DNA from: the human T2T-CHM13v2.0 reference genome, Homo sapiens
Length of the DNA stretch: 64,000 nt
Assembly (NCBI RefSeq): GCF_009914755.1
Contig: NC_060934.1
Reading direction: 5' to 3' (one strand)
The notes under the pieces were generated by a model. The model was not told where the DNA came from. It saw nothing but the letters and a program-made list of their open reading frames with translations, and ran no database searches. Of this stretch, positions 28,447 to 40,543 are shown piece after piece (position 1 is the first letter of the stretch; every line of letters starts with the position of its first letter). The translations under genes and the position numbers were made by a program.

Positions 28447-29012
28447 CAGGGACCAGCAAATGTGCCTTGGGGGCTGGATCTGGCCCACTGCCTGCTTTTA
28501 TATGGAGCTGTGGGCTAAGAATAGTTTTTGCATTTTATTTTTATTTTTACTTATTTTTTATTTTCATAGGTTTTTGGGGGAACAGGTGGTATTTGGTTAC
28601 ATGAGTAAGTTCTTTGGTGGTGATTTGTGAGGTTTTGGTGCACCCATCACCCAAGCAGTGTACACTGAACCCAATTTGTAGTCTTTTATCCCTCATCCCT
28701 GTCCCAGCCTTTCCCCTTGAGTCCCCAGAGTCCATTGTATCATTCTTATGCCTTTGTGTCCTCGTAGCTTAGTTCCCACTTATGAGAACATTTAAATGGT
28801 TGAAAAAATCCTGAAATAAGAATAGTATTTTGTGACATGTTAAATTTGTATGAAATTCAAATTTCAGTGTCCACTGTAATTTGGTTTATGACATCTATGG
28901 TGGCTTTTGTGCTGGAACAGCAGAGTTGAGTAGCTTCAACAGAGACCATATGTACTGCAAAGCCTAAAATATTTCCTATGGAGCCCTTTACAGAAAAAGT
29001 TTGCAGACCCTT
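28447..29012 (+). mobile_element. MER58B-like DNA transposon interrupted by an L1PB fragment
   Basis: cagggaccagcaaa...aagaatagtttttgcatttt | tttaaatggttgaaaaaa...ccctttacagaaaaagtttgcagacccttg. Confidence 0.8.
28533..28790 (-). mobile_element. L1PB 3' end, 5'-truncated
   Basis: T-rich tail then ggggaacaggtggtatttggttacatgagtaagttcttt...gtgcacccatcaccc. Confidence 0.85.
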
Positions 29013-29362
29013 GTGCTAGCCCATGAAGGACCATGACAGCGTTTTGACGCTGAGCTATATAAGAGCTACAGTTATAGTGGCAACCACACAAAGGAAGTGC
29101 CTCTTAACAGAAACATTCCGCCCACCCCTATAGGAACTGCATTCTGAGTTGCAATACCCATTATAAGCAAGTTGGCCAGATAGTGGCCAACTATCTGGCA
29201 GATATCTGGCCAACTACGTGGCAGATAGTACCTGGTACATCCTTCCCCACTTTGGGGTCAATCTTGACCTTTGATCTCCTTGGGGTCATAAAGCCACACA
29301 AGTGTTAGTAGGCATTTCTACAGTGGACACAATGGATGATTTAGCCTAAAAATCTCAAAAGG

Positions 29363-29499
29363 AGCCCAGCATCCTGGCACATGCATGTAATCCCAGCTAC
29401 TCAGGAGGCTGAAGCAGAAGGATCCCTTGAGCCCAGGAGTTCGAGACTAGCTTGGGCAACAATTGAGACCCCATCTCAAAAAAAAAAAAAAAAAAAAAA
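29363..29499 (+). mobile_element. FLAM (Alu monomer)
   Basis: Single arm tgtaatcccagctactcaggaggctga...gagaccccatctc plus poly(A). Confidence 0.85.
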
Positions 29500-29566
29500 G
29501 AGTGGGGAAAAAAGAACATTATTAAAAAAAAAAACCTTAAAAAGTAATCCAATCTACCGATGGTTT

Positions 29567-29884
<318 letters not shown>

Positions 29885-29947
29885 CACTGATGGTTTGAAT
29901 TATTCTAAGTTCGCCACCGTCCAATCCTGTTTGCTCTGGGCTTTTAG

Positions 29948-30205
<258 letters not shown>

Positions 30206-30750
30206 GCAGAGGCATGAGCTGGACTTCATGTTTCCCTCAAAGACTCTCCCGTGGATGACGGATGAGGACTCTGGGCTGCTGGAATAGGACACTCAAGACT
30301 TTTGACTGCCATTTTGTTTGTTCAGTGGAGACTCCCTGGCCAACAGAATCCTTCTTGATAGTTTGCAGGCAAAACAAATGTAATGTTGCAGATCCGCAGG
30401 CAGAAGCTCTGCCCTTCTGTATCCTATGTATGCAGTGTGCTTTTTCTTGCCAGCTTGGGCCATTCTTGCTTAGACAGTCAGCATTTGTCTCCTCCTTTAA
30501 CTGAGTCATCATCTTAGTCCAACTAATGCAGTCGATACAATGCGTAGATAGAAGAAGCCCCACGGGAGCCAGGATGGGACTGGTCGTGTTTGTGCTTTTC
30601 TCCAAGTCAGCACCCAAAGGTCAATGCACAGAGACCCCGGGTGGGTGAGCGCTGGCTTCTCAAACGGCCGAAGTTGCCTCTTTTAGGAATCTCTTTGGAA
30701 TTGGGAGCACGATGACTCTGAGTTTGAGCTATTAAAGTACTTCTTACACA
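30206..30750 (+). other. HTRA1: HTRA1 3' UTR
   Basis: Sequence between the stop codon and the predicted cleavage site ~15 nt after ATTAAA. Confidence 0.85.
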
Positions 30751-30780
30751 TTGCTTTCTGTAGTGCTTATTTTCCTTTCC
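30731..30780 (+). terminator. HTRA1 polyadenylation signal (ATTAAA) with downstream U/GU-rich element
   Basis: ATTAAA at 30731-30736, CA at 30749-30750, then ttgctttctgtagtgcttattttcctttcc. Confidence 0.85.
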
Positions 30781-31479
30781 CAAGAGCAGCTCGTTGCAGT
30801 CTTTTTGGAATGATTCTAATGTCAGTGGGCCCCTCATTAGACTGCATTGTCCACGCAGGTTTGAGCTCTTAGTCTTATGAGTTATTTCAAAATCATCCCA
30901 TGGGATTTACCAGGGTTATGAACAACTCTGCTTGGACACCCTGGCTTTATGAAGCAGGACTTGAGGACAGTTGCACTCGCATCCGGAGCTTGTCAAATGA
31001 AAGAGAGTCTGTTGACCTCATACAGCATGCAATTAGTCAACAAAGATTTTCTGGGTCTCTGCTCTGTGCCAGGCATTGTAAGTGCGTGGTCAGTGAGAGC
31101 AGGAAAGACGCAGGCTCTCCCTCTGTAGAGCTTCAGTTCAGAAGCCAAGTCTCTTTCTGAAAGGGAGACAGCTCAGGAGACCAGGATGCAACCCCAGAAT
31201 GGGCCCAGAATGCACACGGCTGCAGCTGACCTCATTTGTCCTGGGTTGTGAAATAAGAACTAGGCCTTAAGCCTTGGTGAGTTTAGAGGAGGACTCCCCT
31301 TGAAGTGCCCTCAAACAGGTACAGCTAGAAGCAGCTGTAGGCACCTTTATCTCCATGAAAGCTTTCCGAAAGTTTGGGAAGCTGACCCAAGAGGACTTGC
31401 ACAGCTTTAGCTTGGAAGTTTGCACAGACCTATGTCCCTGTGGGGAGCACACACCAGAGAGTATGCTGTTTACGCCAAG

Positions 31480-31880
31480 AGCAGCGGGTCAAAGCTTTCC
31501 AACTGTCAGCAGTTAAAAGGAGGGCCTTGGACCGGATGGAGGTTCTGTTCTCCCAATTGAGAGCTGAATCCTTCCTCCATCCACAGAGGCATAAGGTCCA
31601 ACTCATAACTGGGGAGGCTGCGGAAGGCCGAAGGGCCAACTTAAATGCAGGGGCGGTCCAGTTGAGCACAGCCCTCATCAGTGTTGGTGCTCGGCGGCTG
31701 AGCAGCTTGTGGCCCGTTGCAACACTGGCACGTCTCTTCGCTCTCTGGTTGAATGACCTAGTAGAGTCAGGAAGGAACCAGCGAGTCCTTTGGCTGTGGG
31801 AGTGTGTTTTGCATTCCCTCCCTTCTCCATTAAAGGTGATGACTCAGAATGGCTTGTGGCTTCAGGGGTTCATTCTCAGA
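31480..31880 (+). pseudogene. Decayed SRCR exon A (inside ORF 31440-31925)
   Basis: Phase-1 acceptor gccaag|AG; FQLSAVKRRALDRMEVLF ~ LRLVGG..RC.GRVEVLY; QLS--TALISVG ~ QLGCGTAL; LWLNDLVESG...LWECVLH ~ IWLDDL.CSG...LWEC.H. Confidence 0.6.
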
Positions 31881-32005
31881 TGTTTTGTATGTGGGCCTGC
31901 TTTCCTGTGTGGTCCCCGGAGCTGAGGTGCTGCCACAGGTGGGGAGGATGCCGTGGGTGGCATTGAGGTCAGACCCAGCCCCGGCCCGAGCCTGTCTGTC
32001 TTCAG

Positions 32006-32315
32006 CCTGTTAGGCATCCGGGAGATCACTGATGGTTCTTCTGGAAGAAACTAGCCTGGTGATGGACCAGCCTGAGGCCTCTGTAAACACTCTGCAACAT
32101 CTCTGCAGGACACTGGATGGGGTTGGAGTTTTGCCTGCATATATGGTCACATACAGGACAGAAATGGCAGCTTGCCACATTGTTGCATATGACATGTTTG
32201 GTTACATGGTTGCACTTACCCATGAGACCCTGTGTCCCATGGGGGCTGCTTGTCCTGGAACCCCCACCTCACATTTGAAGACCTCCAGAATAGTTGTTTC
32301 TTCTGCTTGCTTTAG
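32006..32315 (+). pseudogene. Decayed SRCR exon B
   Basis: IREITDGSSGRN*PGDGPA*GLCKHSATSLQDT ~ IRL.DG..CSGRVE..G.WGTLC...W.LQDA; later *HVWLH ~ G.IWLD. Confidence 0.5.
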
Positions 32316-32925
32316 GCTGTGATGCAGGGTTTTGCAACATAAATTAGTCTTAAAGCCTGGAGGCAGAGCACTGAGTCGAAAGAGCATGGCTTTTGGAGTT
32401 ATAGATGGATTTGGGTTTAAATCCAGTGTCTATATATCTTACTGGCTGTGTGACCTTGAGCAAGTCCCTTAACCTCTCTGTCTGTTTTTCATCTGTAGAA
32501 TGCCCTCAGTTGGGTCCATCTCTGCTTCCATGGAGCTCAGTTTCTAATTCTTCTTGGCCACTTCTGGTCCCTCCAAGGTCACTTTAACAGCCCTCTGGCT
32601 GGTGGGCCCGCACCTGCCCCCTGTTCTGGCTCCTGGAGAACTTCCTGCTTACCAAATGTGGGCTCAGCAGTGCCTCTTCCAATCCCAGCACCCTCAGCTC
32701 TAGTCCTCTGCTTCCAGCTTCTGCAAAACTGTGAGCCAACCACATGGCTGGGCTTCCCCAGCACATCTGCATCACGTGACTATCCCCATCCCGCCCTGCC
32801 AGATGCTTCTCTTGATGCACTGGCCAGCAGAGAGGCCCTGGTGTGCAGGGGTCTCCTTGCTGTGTCTTTCAGGCTTGGCTGAGTGAATCTGAGATGGGCA
32901 GCTCTCTACAGGGAGGTCCTCTGTC

Positions 32926-33205
<280 letters not shown>

Positions 33206-33409
33206 GGGGGGTCTTGTCTTTTCTGACTCCATTTCTCCATCTGAAAATTTGGAAGAATGCTCCTGTCTGGTGGGCGTGGTGAGGAGCAGCACATGTTGTT
33301 ATCAGAACCTGCACAGTGATTGTCTCCACCTGGTTAATATTTTAGATAGGTCTGAACCTTGGATGATAGCATTTCCATGGGCTGGCAAGGATGCTTGGCC
33401 CATTTCAGC

Positions 33410-34053
33410 AAATACCACTGAAGTCAGCGCCAGGCCTCGCTGAGGTTGTGTGGACATATATCTGGGTGAATGGGCCAGTCCAGTTCAAGTTTGCACCCCT
33501 GAAGGTGGTTATAGGTAAGGTCAGAGGTATGACAGAGTCAGAGTGGCTCAGTGCCGGGAGGGCAGGTAGGTTTCTGCCATCCATCCTGCCAATGCTGATC
33601 CATTGGTGGGAACCATCTAGAGCACTGGGCTGAGGCAGATTGTGAGGCTCAGTGTGAAGGAGCTTAAAAGAGACCTGTGGCCGGGCGTGGTGGCTCATGC
33701 CTGTAATCCCAGCACTTTGAGAGGCTGAGGCAGGTGGATCAAGGAGTTCAAGACCAGCCTGGGCATCATGGTGAAACCCTGCCTCTACAAAAAATACAAA
33801 AATTAGCCAGGTGTGGTGGTGTGTGCCTGTGGTCCCAGCTACTTGGGAGGCTTAGGTGGGAGGATCACTTGAGCCTGGGAAGTCAAGGCTGCTATGAGCT
33901 GCGATCTCACCATTGCACTCTAGCCTGGGTGACAGAGAAAGACCCTGTCAAAAAAAAAAAAAAATGGAGACCTGCTGTCTGGGTCTCCCTCTCAGTTCCC
34001 TGACCTTCTGATGAGGTCCCTGCTCTGGGTGTGTGTCCGGCGTCAGCTCCCTG
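33410..34053 (+). pseudogene. Decayed SRCR exon C, split by an Alu at 33679-33963
   Basis: One frame: PR*GCVDIYLGEWASPVQVC...QCREGR*VSAI...GTI*; after the Alu, with frameshifts, ET/AVWVSLSVP* and CSGCVSGVSS ~ C.H.EDAGV.C. Confidence 0.6.
33679..33963 (+). mobile_element. AluJ-type element with TSD containing gagacctg
   Basis: ggccgggcgtggtggctcatgcc...gaccctgtc plus poly(A). Confidence 0.92.
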
Positions 34054-34069
34054 GTTGAGTCCGGGGAGT

Positions 34070-34323
34070 AGCCGAGGCTGAGGAGTCTGGAGCAGGCTCG
34101 TGGGAATAGGCGGGCTGCCCTGGGGGCTGCTTTTTGCTGCACTGCGCCCACCTCCAGGGTAACTTCCTCAGGAGATGGGACTCTTTTCTATCCTTGAGGC
34201 AAGAGGACAATCAGATCTCTCTTGGAGAGCCATTCCCATTTAGAGACACGTGTTTTTGGTGACCTTTGTGAGCGTTCTAGCCTTGGAGCCCTGCTCACTG
34301 CTGCCCTGGACCAGCTGGGACAG
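34070..34323 (+). pseudogene. Decayed SRCR exon D (5'-truncated)
   Basis: EESGAGSWE*AGC ~ EV...GSWGTVC; QISLGE ~ QIWLDE; ends at donor cag|gtgcgt. Confidence 0.4.
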
Positions 34324-34544
34324 GTGCGTGCATTGATTAGCATTCTGGAGCCCAACAGGTGGGCACTGGAGGCTTCCTTGCCGTGGTAAAGGGAAACCGG
34401 TGAGAGGGGGCGTCATGTCATCCAGGGGAGAGGAGTGATGTTAACAATAGAAATGGCAGTGTCACATAGTAAATGCTACCGTAGAATGAGTGTGGATGTG
34501 GCGTGCAGGGTGTGGAAGGTGGCAGCAGGCGCTGTCGCTAAGGC

Positions 34545-34710
34545 TTTCTGTGGCAAGCACAGTACAAGCATTTTACACACATATCTATCTCACTTAGTCC
34601 CCTCAGTAACACCAAGGAATAGAAACTATTATTATACCATTTTATAGACGAAGGAATGAAGGCTCAGAGAGATTAAGTAACTTGCCCAAGGCCACTCAGC
34701 TTGTCTCTGG
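34545..34710 (-). mobile_element. MIR
   Basis: attataccattttatagacgaaggaatgaaggctcagagagattaagtaacttgcccaaggccac. Confidence 0.8.
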
Positions 34711-35284
34711 CGGGGGTAGGACATGTCTTTGTGGGGAAGTAGGGAGGAGAGTGGGGAGAGTGGGGGCCCCAAGTCCCTGGCCTGGTGTATCTGACCAGAG
34801 GAGACAAGTGCTCCCATGTCTGGGACAGGTCAGGAGCACACAACTCAGGCTTGCCTCATCCCCAGCCTCCCTGGAACAAGACTAAACACCTTTCTGGGAC
34901 ATCTGAGCCCCTTCCTGACTTGGTCCCCACTTTCCTTCCACTCTCACCTCTCCATTCCTCTCCTGCTCTCAATGTTCTGTCATGTGGAATTCACTTCCAT
35001 TCCTTGAACAGGCTGTTCTTTCTCCTGTCTCCACACCTAAATCCTAGTACCCTCCCTGCCCCGTGCATGGAAGCTCCTCCCCATCTCTTCACCATCTGCC
35101 CCACCGGACTCCCCTGCCAGGAGCTCGCACGCTGGCCATGTGCTGTCCTAACTGCCTGTTCCCTTGTCGGGACTCACTCTGGGGCTGCAGCTCCACAGGG
35201 CCAAGTCCATCATTGAGGCCATAGGGCTGAGCCCAGCCTGCAAAGCAGGTGTCAATCAATACGGATTAGCTGACAACTGAGGTG

Positions 35285-35595
35285 GGCCCACACCTCCCTG
35301 GACAGTCACATCTGCCACTGGAGGAAAGAATCCTCTTAGCACGCATTCTTTCATGGAATCCATCTTTTTGCATAACCACAGTGCACCCAGGACTGTGCTG
35401 GGCATATTGGGAGTGGGGGTGTGAGGAGGGGGTGAGGCTGGGGAGGGACAGAGTGGGGCCCAGAACAGAAGGAGGCCAGTGGGGTGCCCAGGGGCTAAAG
35501 CAAAGGGGCCTCACTCTCAGAGTAGTGCAAGTGGGTGGTTTGTGAGGAATACACAACAGGACCTGTGAGAGCCTCACATGTTGACCTCGGAAGGG
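35285..35595 (+). pseudogene. Decayed SRCR exon E
   Basis: One frame: HLPGQSHLPLEERILLARILSWNPSFC...YWEWGCEEGV (~CRELGCGEAV)...GPRTEGGQW...L*GIHNRTCES (~WG.HNC.H.E). Confidence 0.62.
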
Positions 35596-35816
35596 AGGGG
35601 GACCTCAGGTGGAGGCAAGAAGGGATCTCTGAGTCTACCATTGATCCCCTCTTTCAACAGCTGCTCTCAAAACCACTGCGGGCAAGGCCCAGTGGCGGGA
35701 ATGCTCCTGATCGTGGGTTCAGTCCCGGCTCTGGGCTTTACTGACCATGACACTTGGGGCAAGTCCCTTAATTTCGCTGAGATTCCTTGTCCTCATCCGT
35801 AAAAAGTGTCCAGTGG

Positions 35817-36060
35817 CCGGTGTCAGCCCCTCCTCGTGTCTGAGGCGCTGGGGAATTGTGTGTGGGCGCCGGCCATGTGCTCATGCTTGGTCATAAGTGG
35901 TGTCAGCCACTCCTCGTGTCTGAGGCGCCGGGCAATGGTGTGTGGGTGCCAGCCACGTGCTCACGATTGGTCATAACTGCTGTCAGCCTCTCCTCATGTC
36001 TGAGGCGCCAGGGAATGGTGTGTGGGTACCTGCCATGTGCTCATGCTAGGTCATAAGTGG
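35817..36060. repeat. 80-bp tandem repeat x3 (diverged)
   Basis: Units start at 35817, 35897 and 35977: ..tgtcagcc.ctcctc.tgtctgaggcgc...gtgtgtggg...gcca.gtgctca.g.t.ggtcataa. Confidence 0.95.
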
Positions 36061-36111
36061 CACCACCACGGCTGTCTGACATCATTCCTTCTAGGCACCT
36101 TGTGAGCAGAT

Positions 36112-36442
36112 CAGATGCTCTTTGACTCAAGATGGGGTTTTGTCCTGGTAAATTCATTGTAAATGGAAAATATTATAAGGTGAAAATGCATTTACTACAC
36201 CTCACCTACCGAATATCATTGCTCAGCATAGCCCACCTTAAACATGCTCAGGACACTGACGTTAGCCTTCCATTGGGCAAAATCACCTCACACAAAGCCT
36301 GTTTATAATAAATCGTGGAATAGCTCATGTCATCAATTATTGAGTACTATTCTGAACATGTAAAATGGAATGGTTGTGTTGGGACTTCTGCTGAATGCGC
36401 ATTGCTCCCACACCACAACCGTTGTAAGTTGGGGGCTGTCTG
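36112..36442 (+). mobile_element. MER47A (Tigger family) DNA transposon
   Basis: cagatgctctttgactcaagatgggg...ttgggcaaaatcacc...gttgtaagttgggggctgtctg. Confidence 0.85.
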
Positions 36443-36759
36443 TGCTGTTAGATCAAGGATTCATTTTAGCACATGGGGAAACAGAAGTGCCTGGAGCTAG
36501 TAGGATGACATGCCAGGTTCCATCCCACACTCACCTCTGTCTATTTTACTGTCCCTATAATTATTATCTAGCTCCCATACTTCACAAGGCAATAAAAGTT
36601 ATGGTCATTTGAGTTTAAAAACTGCTGATTTGCCAATGTCCCAAAGACTCTTCAAGGTTCTGACACTATGTTGCCTGCCTCTCTCTTCCTCTCACCTCCT
36701 CAGTCATTATCTGATCTGATTGGATGAGCTTCCTTCATGTCCCTGAAAAAGTTCTCAAG

Positions 36760-37090
36760 TCACCCCGTGGTGTGTCTGGGTGTGGACTGTTCTCCCTGGG
36801 CCACCCTCTCTCTCCACCATGCAAAAGGGTCCCAGGCTCCTCTGTTGTTTGGAGATCTTGGGAAATACCCAAGGGGTGACATCACTCAGCCACGGCCCCC
36901 AGAAAGGAGTCTGACTGCCAAGGGGGTGCCAGTTTTGGAATCAAATCATGTCTGCTGGTTGAAAACCCATCAGTAGGGCCCCAGTCTTTTCAGGGCACTG
37001 GGCCTGGTTCTGGGAGAGGCTACCTGGGCTGCCCACCCCCACAGCATCCTATGTAGGGGGTCCAGCTGGGCTGACTCACTGCTGCCAGTG
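36760..37090 (+). pseudogene. Decayed SRCR exon F
   Basis: VCLGVDCSPWATLSLHHAKGSQAPLLFGDL ~ VRLVGG.SPCAGTVEV.H.GSW.PLC.GDW; GASFGIKSCL/WLKTHQ* ~ GA.FG.GSG.IWL...QC. Confidence 0.58.
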
Positions 37091-37664
37091 CCAGCTCCCA
37101 ACTCGGAGGCCAAGGCCTTGCTGCTTCCGTCAGAATGCAGATGGGGCACACACAGGGGAGAGGCCTTCCTGCCAGTGGGCAGTTGTTTCATTTAGAACTT
37201 TTAAAAGACATTGCCTCAGTGTAGGGCTCTGCCAAGAATCAGCAAAAATCAAATGAAATAAACACTAACAAATGCGTTTTTAGTTTATTAAAATAATAAA
37301 AAGTGGCACAGACTCTGTCTGTAAACAGCGTTCGGTTAATTGCGTCTCACCTGGTCAGGTAAGCGTTTATGCACGCCAGCTGGTCCTTCTTCAGCCCGTC
37401 TCCTCCCCTCACCCACCACCATTGTCAGCACCACCAACCACCATGACATGTGATGTACATACAGCATTTCACAGCTGCTCCATGAGATCTTGTTAGAATC
37501 TCCATTTTACAGATGAGGACATTGAGGAATAGAGCTGTTAAGTAACCAGCCTGAAGTCACACAGCAGGGAGGAGGGGTGGCCGACACATTGAAACCCAGG
37601 ATGTCTGGCCCTGGAGCCCTCTCTCTTAACCCCCATGCCATTTTCCCCTTTGTCTGATGCTCAG

Positions 37665-37960
37665 TGTTTGTAACTGAAAACCCACTTTGCACCGTGGTGT
37701 AATTTTCTACTGGTCTAACTCTGAAGTGGTGAAGCTGGCCAGACACAAGCTCAGTGGTTGATTTGTGGGAATGATTTTGTAAAACTGAAAAGTTCACACC
37801 ACGTTCCATGGGCATCACCTCCTGTGAAAGGTCATCAGTGCTGTAGGCAATAAGAGGGAGAGCCCGTAGGGACACCTGTCTCCCCATCTCAGATGCCTGG
37901 CTCCGTTGATTCTTGAGTATCAGGTCTGTCTTGTGCATTTTCCATTGTGTTCTCTTCTGA
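37665..37960 (+). pseudogene. Decayed SRCR exon G
   Basis: One frame: ENPLCTVV*F...KW*SWPDTSSVVDLWE*FCK (exact 18-residue W..C spacing of WGTVCDDSWDLNDAQVVC); SCERSSVL*A ~ FGEGSG.IWA. Confidence 0.5.
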
Positions 37961-38789
37961 TGAGTCACTGTATTCAGACACAAAGTCTGAGATGATACCC
38001 AGTGTAGAAAATGGGCACCATCACCAAAGGCCTTGCATGGATGCTGAGCATAAACAGGCTCTAGGAACCTCATCAAAGAGAAGCCCAAGGAAGTCATTTG
38101 TGTGGGATTCAAACTACATCAGAAATTCCAACAACCAAGACTCCTCAACTTTTAAGCTATTTTCCTGTTTATCACTCTTGTCCTTTCCTTCATAAATGAG
38201 TTGCCCTGACTTCAGTTTAAGGACAGCAATTGAGAAAGGTGGAGTCGAGATGGAAGAATATAAGCAGCTTTCTTACATGCACGAAGGCACATCCAAGGGA
38301 AGGGAGGTTTCAGGAGAATGTTCTCTCGGGATACTGAGTTAGGGGCTTGTCACATCAGTGTCCACTTTTAACCTTGGCCATGCACCCATTTTTGCTGACT
38401 TTTATCAAGCACTGGTTTTGTGCCTGGTACTGTGCTAAGTCTATACAGTCCCCAACCCATTGAATTCCCACCACACCTTAGTCAACGTTGCTACTCATCT
38501 TTTTAGAGAAAGAAACAAGCTCAGAGAGGCAGCTTTCCTTGTCAAATGACACAGAGCTACTGAAGTCAGAGCAGAGGGTGGAAACCATGCTGTCTGCCTC
38601 TAGCGCTTGTACACCGGTTCTCACTGCAGGGGCCACTGGGCATTGGTCAGATTGCCTGAGCACAGTCTTGTCCTGGATGGGCTAAGGGGTAAATATTTGT
38701 CAGCCACAGTGTTCTCATCAGTAGAAATTACTTAAAGTATGTTAAGCTGAAAATCCACGAAGAATAAAAATGCTTAAAAGCATCTGGAT

Positions 38790-39472
38790 AGAAAACTTAT
38801 GTGCACACAAAAACCCAAGCATGGGTGTTTATAGCAGCTTTATTCATAATTACCGAAAAATGGGAAGCAGCTAAATATCCTTCAGCAGGTAATGGAGAAG
38901 GAAACTGCAATACACCCAGACAATAGAATATTATTCAGTGCTAGAAAGAAATGAGCTATCAAGCCATGAAAAGGCACGGAGGAAACTTGAATGGATATTG
39001 CTAAGTGAAAGAAGCCAATCTGACAAAGCTACATAGTATATGATTCCAATTATATAACATTCTGGAAAATTATAGAAACAGTAACATTCTAGAAAATTAC
39101 AGAGACAGTAAAAAGATCAGCAGTTGCTAGGAGTTGTGTGGAGGGAGAGATAAAGAAGTGAAACACAGGATTTTTAGGGCAGTGCAACTATTTTGTATGA
39201 TATTGTAATGATAGACACATACATTTGTCAATATCCATAGAATACACAACACCAAAAATAAACCCTAATGTAATCTATGGATTTTGTGATGATGACATGT
39301 CTGTGTAGGTTCATCATTAGGTAACTAATGTACCACTCTGGTGAGGGATGTTGATAATGGGGGCGGCTGGGGGTTGGGGCAGGCAGGGGGCATGGGGTAC
39401 TATCTATACATCCTGCTCAATTCAGCTGTGAAACTAAAACTGCTCTAAAAAAGTCTATTAATTAAAATTTAA
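38790..39472 (+). mobile_element. L1MC-type 3' end
   Basis: gaaatgagctatcaagccatgaaaag...aatgtaccactctggtgagggatgttgataatgg...aaaactgctctaaaaa. Confidence 0.85.
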
Positions 39473-39632
39473 AAATGGAATAATCTGAGGCTCATTATCA
39501 AGCTCTAGAGCCAGAAGAAGCACCTGTCTGACCCAGAAAAAGACCCCATGATGGCCGCGCAGCAGCATCCTGCATTGGCCCAGGTTGCAGATCCAAGACA
39601 GGTGTCCTGGGCAAAGGTGAGCAGAGTGCTCT

Positions 39633-40456
39633 TAACCGCTCAATGCGTTTTTGTTGCCCACTGCTCAGATAGAGCTAATCTATCAAGACAGGGGAATTAC
39701 AATAAAGAAAGAATTTTACACACATAGAGCTGGCTTAAATGGGAGACCAGAGTTTTATTATTACTCAAATCAGCCTCCCTGAACATTTGGAGGCTAGGGT
39801 TTTTCAAAGATAGTTTGGGGATAGGGGGATGGCTAGGGAATGGGTGCTGCTGATTGGTTGGGGGGGTGCAATCTTAGGCATGTGGGAAATGGTCCTCAAG
39901 TGTGCTGAGTTTGCTTCTGGGTGGGGCCGCAGGACAGGTTGGTGGGTCTGGGTGGAGCCACTGGTCATGAGAAACGCAGAAAACCTGAAAAGACATCTCA
40001 AAAGGCCAACCTTAGGTTCTGCAAGAGTGCTGTTGTCTGCAGGAGTCACTGGGGAAGTTGCAAATCTTGTGACCTCCAGAATAACGGCTGGTAATTATTT
40101 ATCAATTTAATCATTACAGATTGGCTCTATCTGGGCAGTGGGCAAGAAAAACCCATTGGGCGGTTACAGTTCTTCTCTGAAGAGCACTCTCTGCTCACCT
40201 TTACTCAGGACACCTGTCTACACCTTAGCAGAATTCAGGCACCTGTCATCCTTCTAAACTGGGGGAATTTCATTAGCTTTACAAAGGCGGTTTAGTTTTG
40301 GGGAAGGGCTATTATCATTTAAAGTATAAACTAAATTTCTCCCAAAGTTAATTTGGCCCAAGTCCAGGCATGACTAAAGGCAGTTTGAGGTTAAAGGCAA
40401 GATGGGGGTTGGTTAGGTCAGATCTCTTTCACTGTCATACTTTTCTCACGGTTTGG
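39633..40456 (-). mobile_element. LTR8-like (ERV1) solo LTR with an internal inverted insertion
   Basis: atcaagacaggggaatt...ttttattattactcaaatcag...ggttaggtcagatctctttcactgtcata; subfamily assigned from memory. Confidence 0.85.
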
Positions 40457-40543
40457 GAACTTCCCAAAGGAAGAGACTCCCCCAGCAGATTCATGTTGTG
40501 GAATTTAAGCCTGAAATAAAAGTGAAAAATCTCATTGCAATAG

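Noticed and set aside
35817-36060. CRISPR-like reading of the 80-bp and 25-bp arrays
   Set aside because: Head-to-tail tandem repeats without unique spacers, in a mammalian genome with no cas genes.
37507-38112. 201-aa minus-strand ORF
   Set aside because: No recognisable domain, ends in MIR sequence, and is the antisense shadow of SRCR remnant G.
39055-39110. 27-bp tandem duplication inside the L1MC fragment
   Set aside because: Ordinary slippage within an old repeat.
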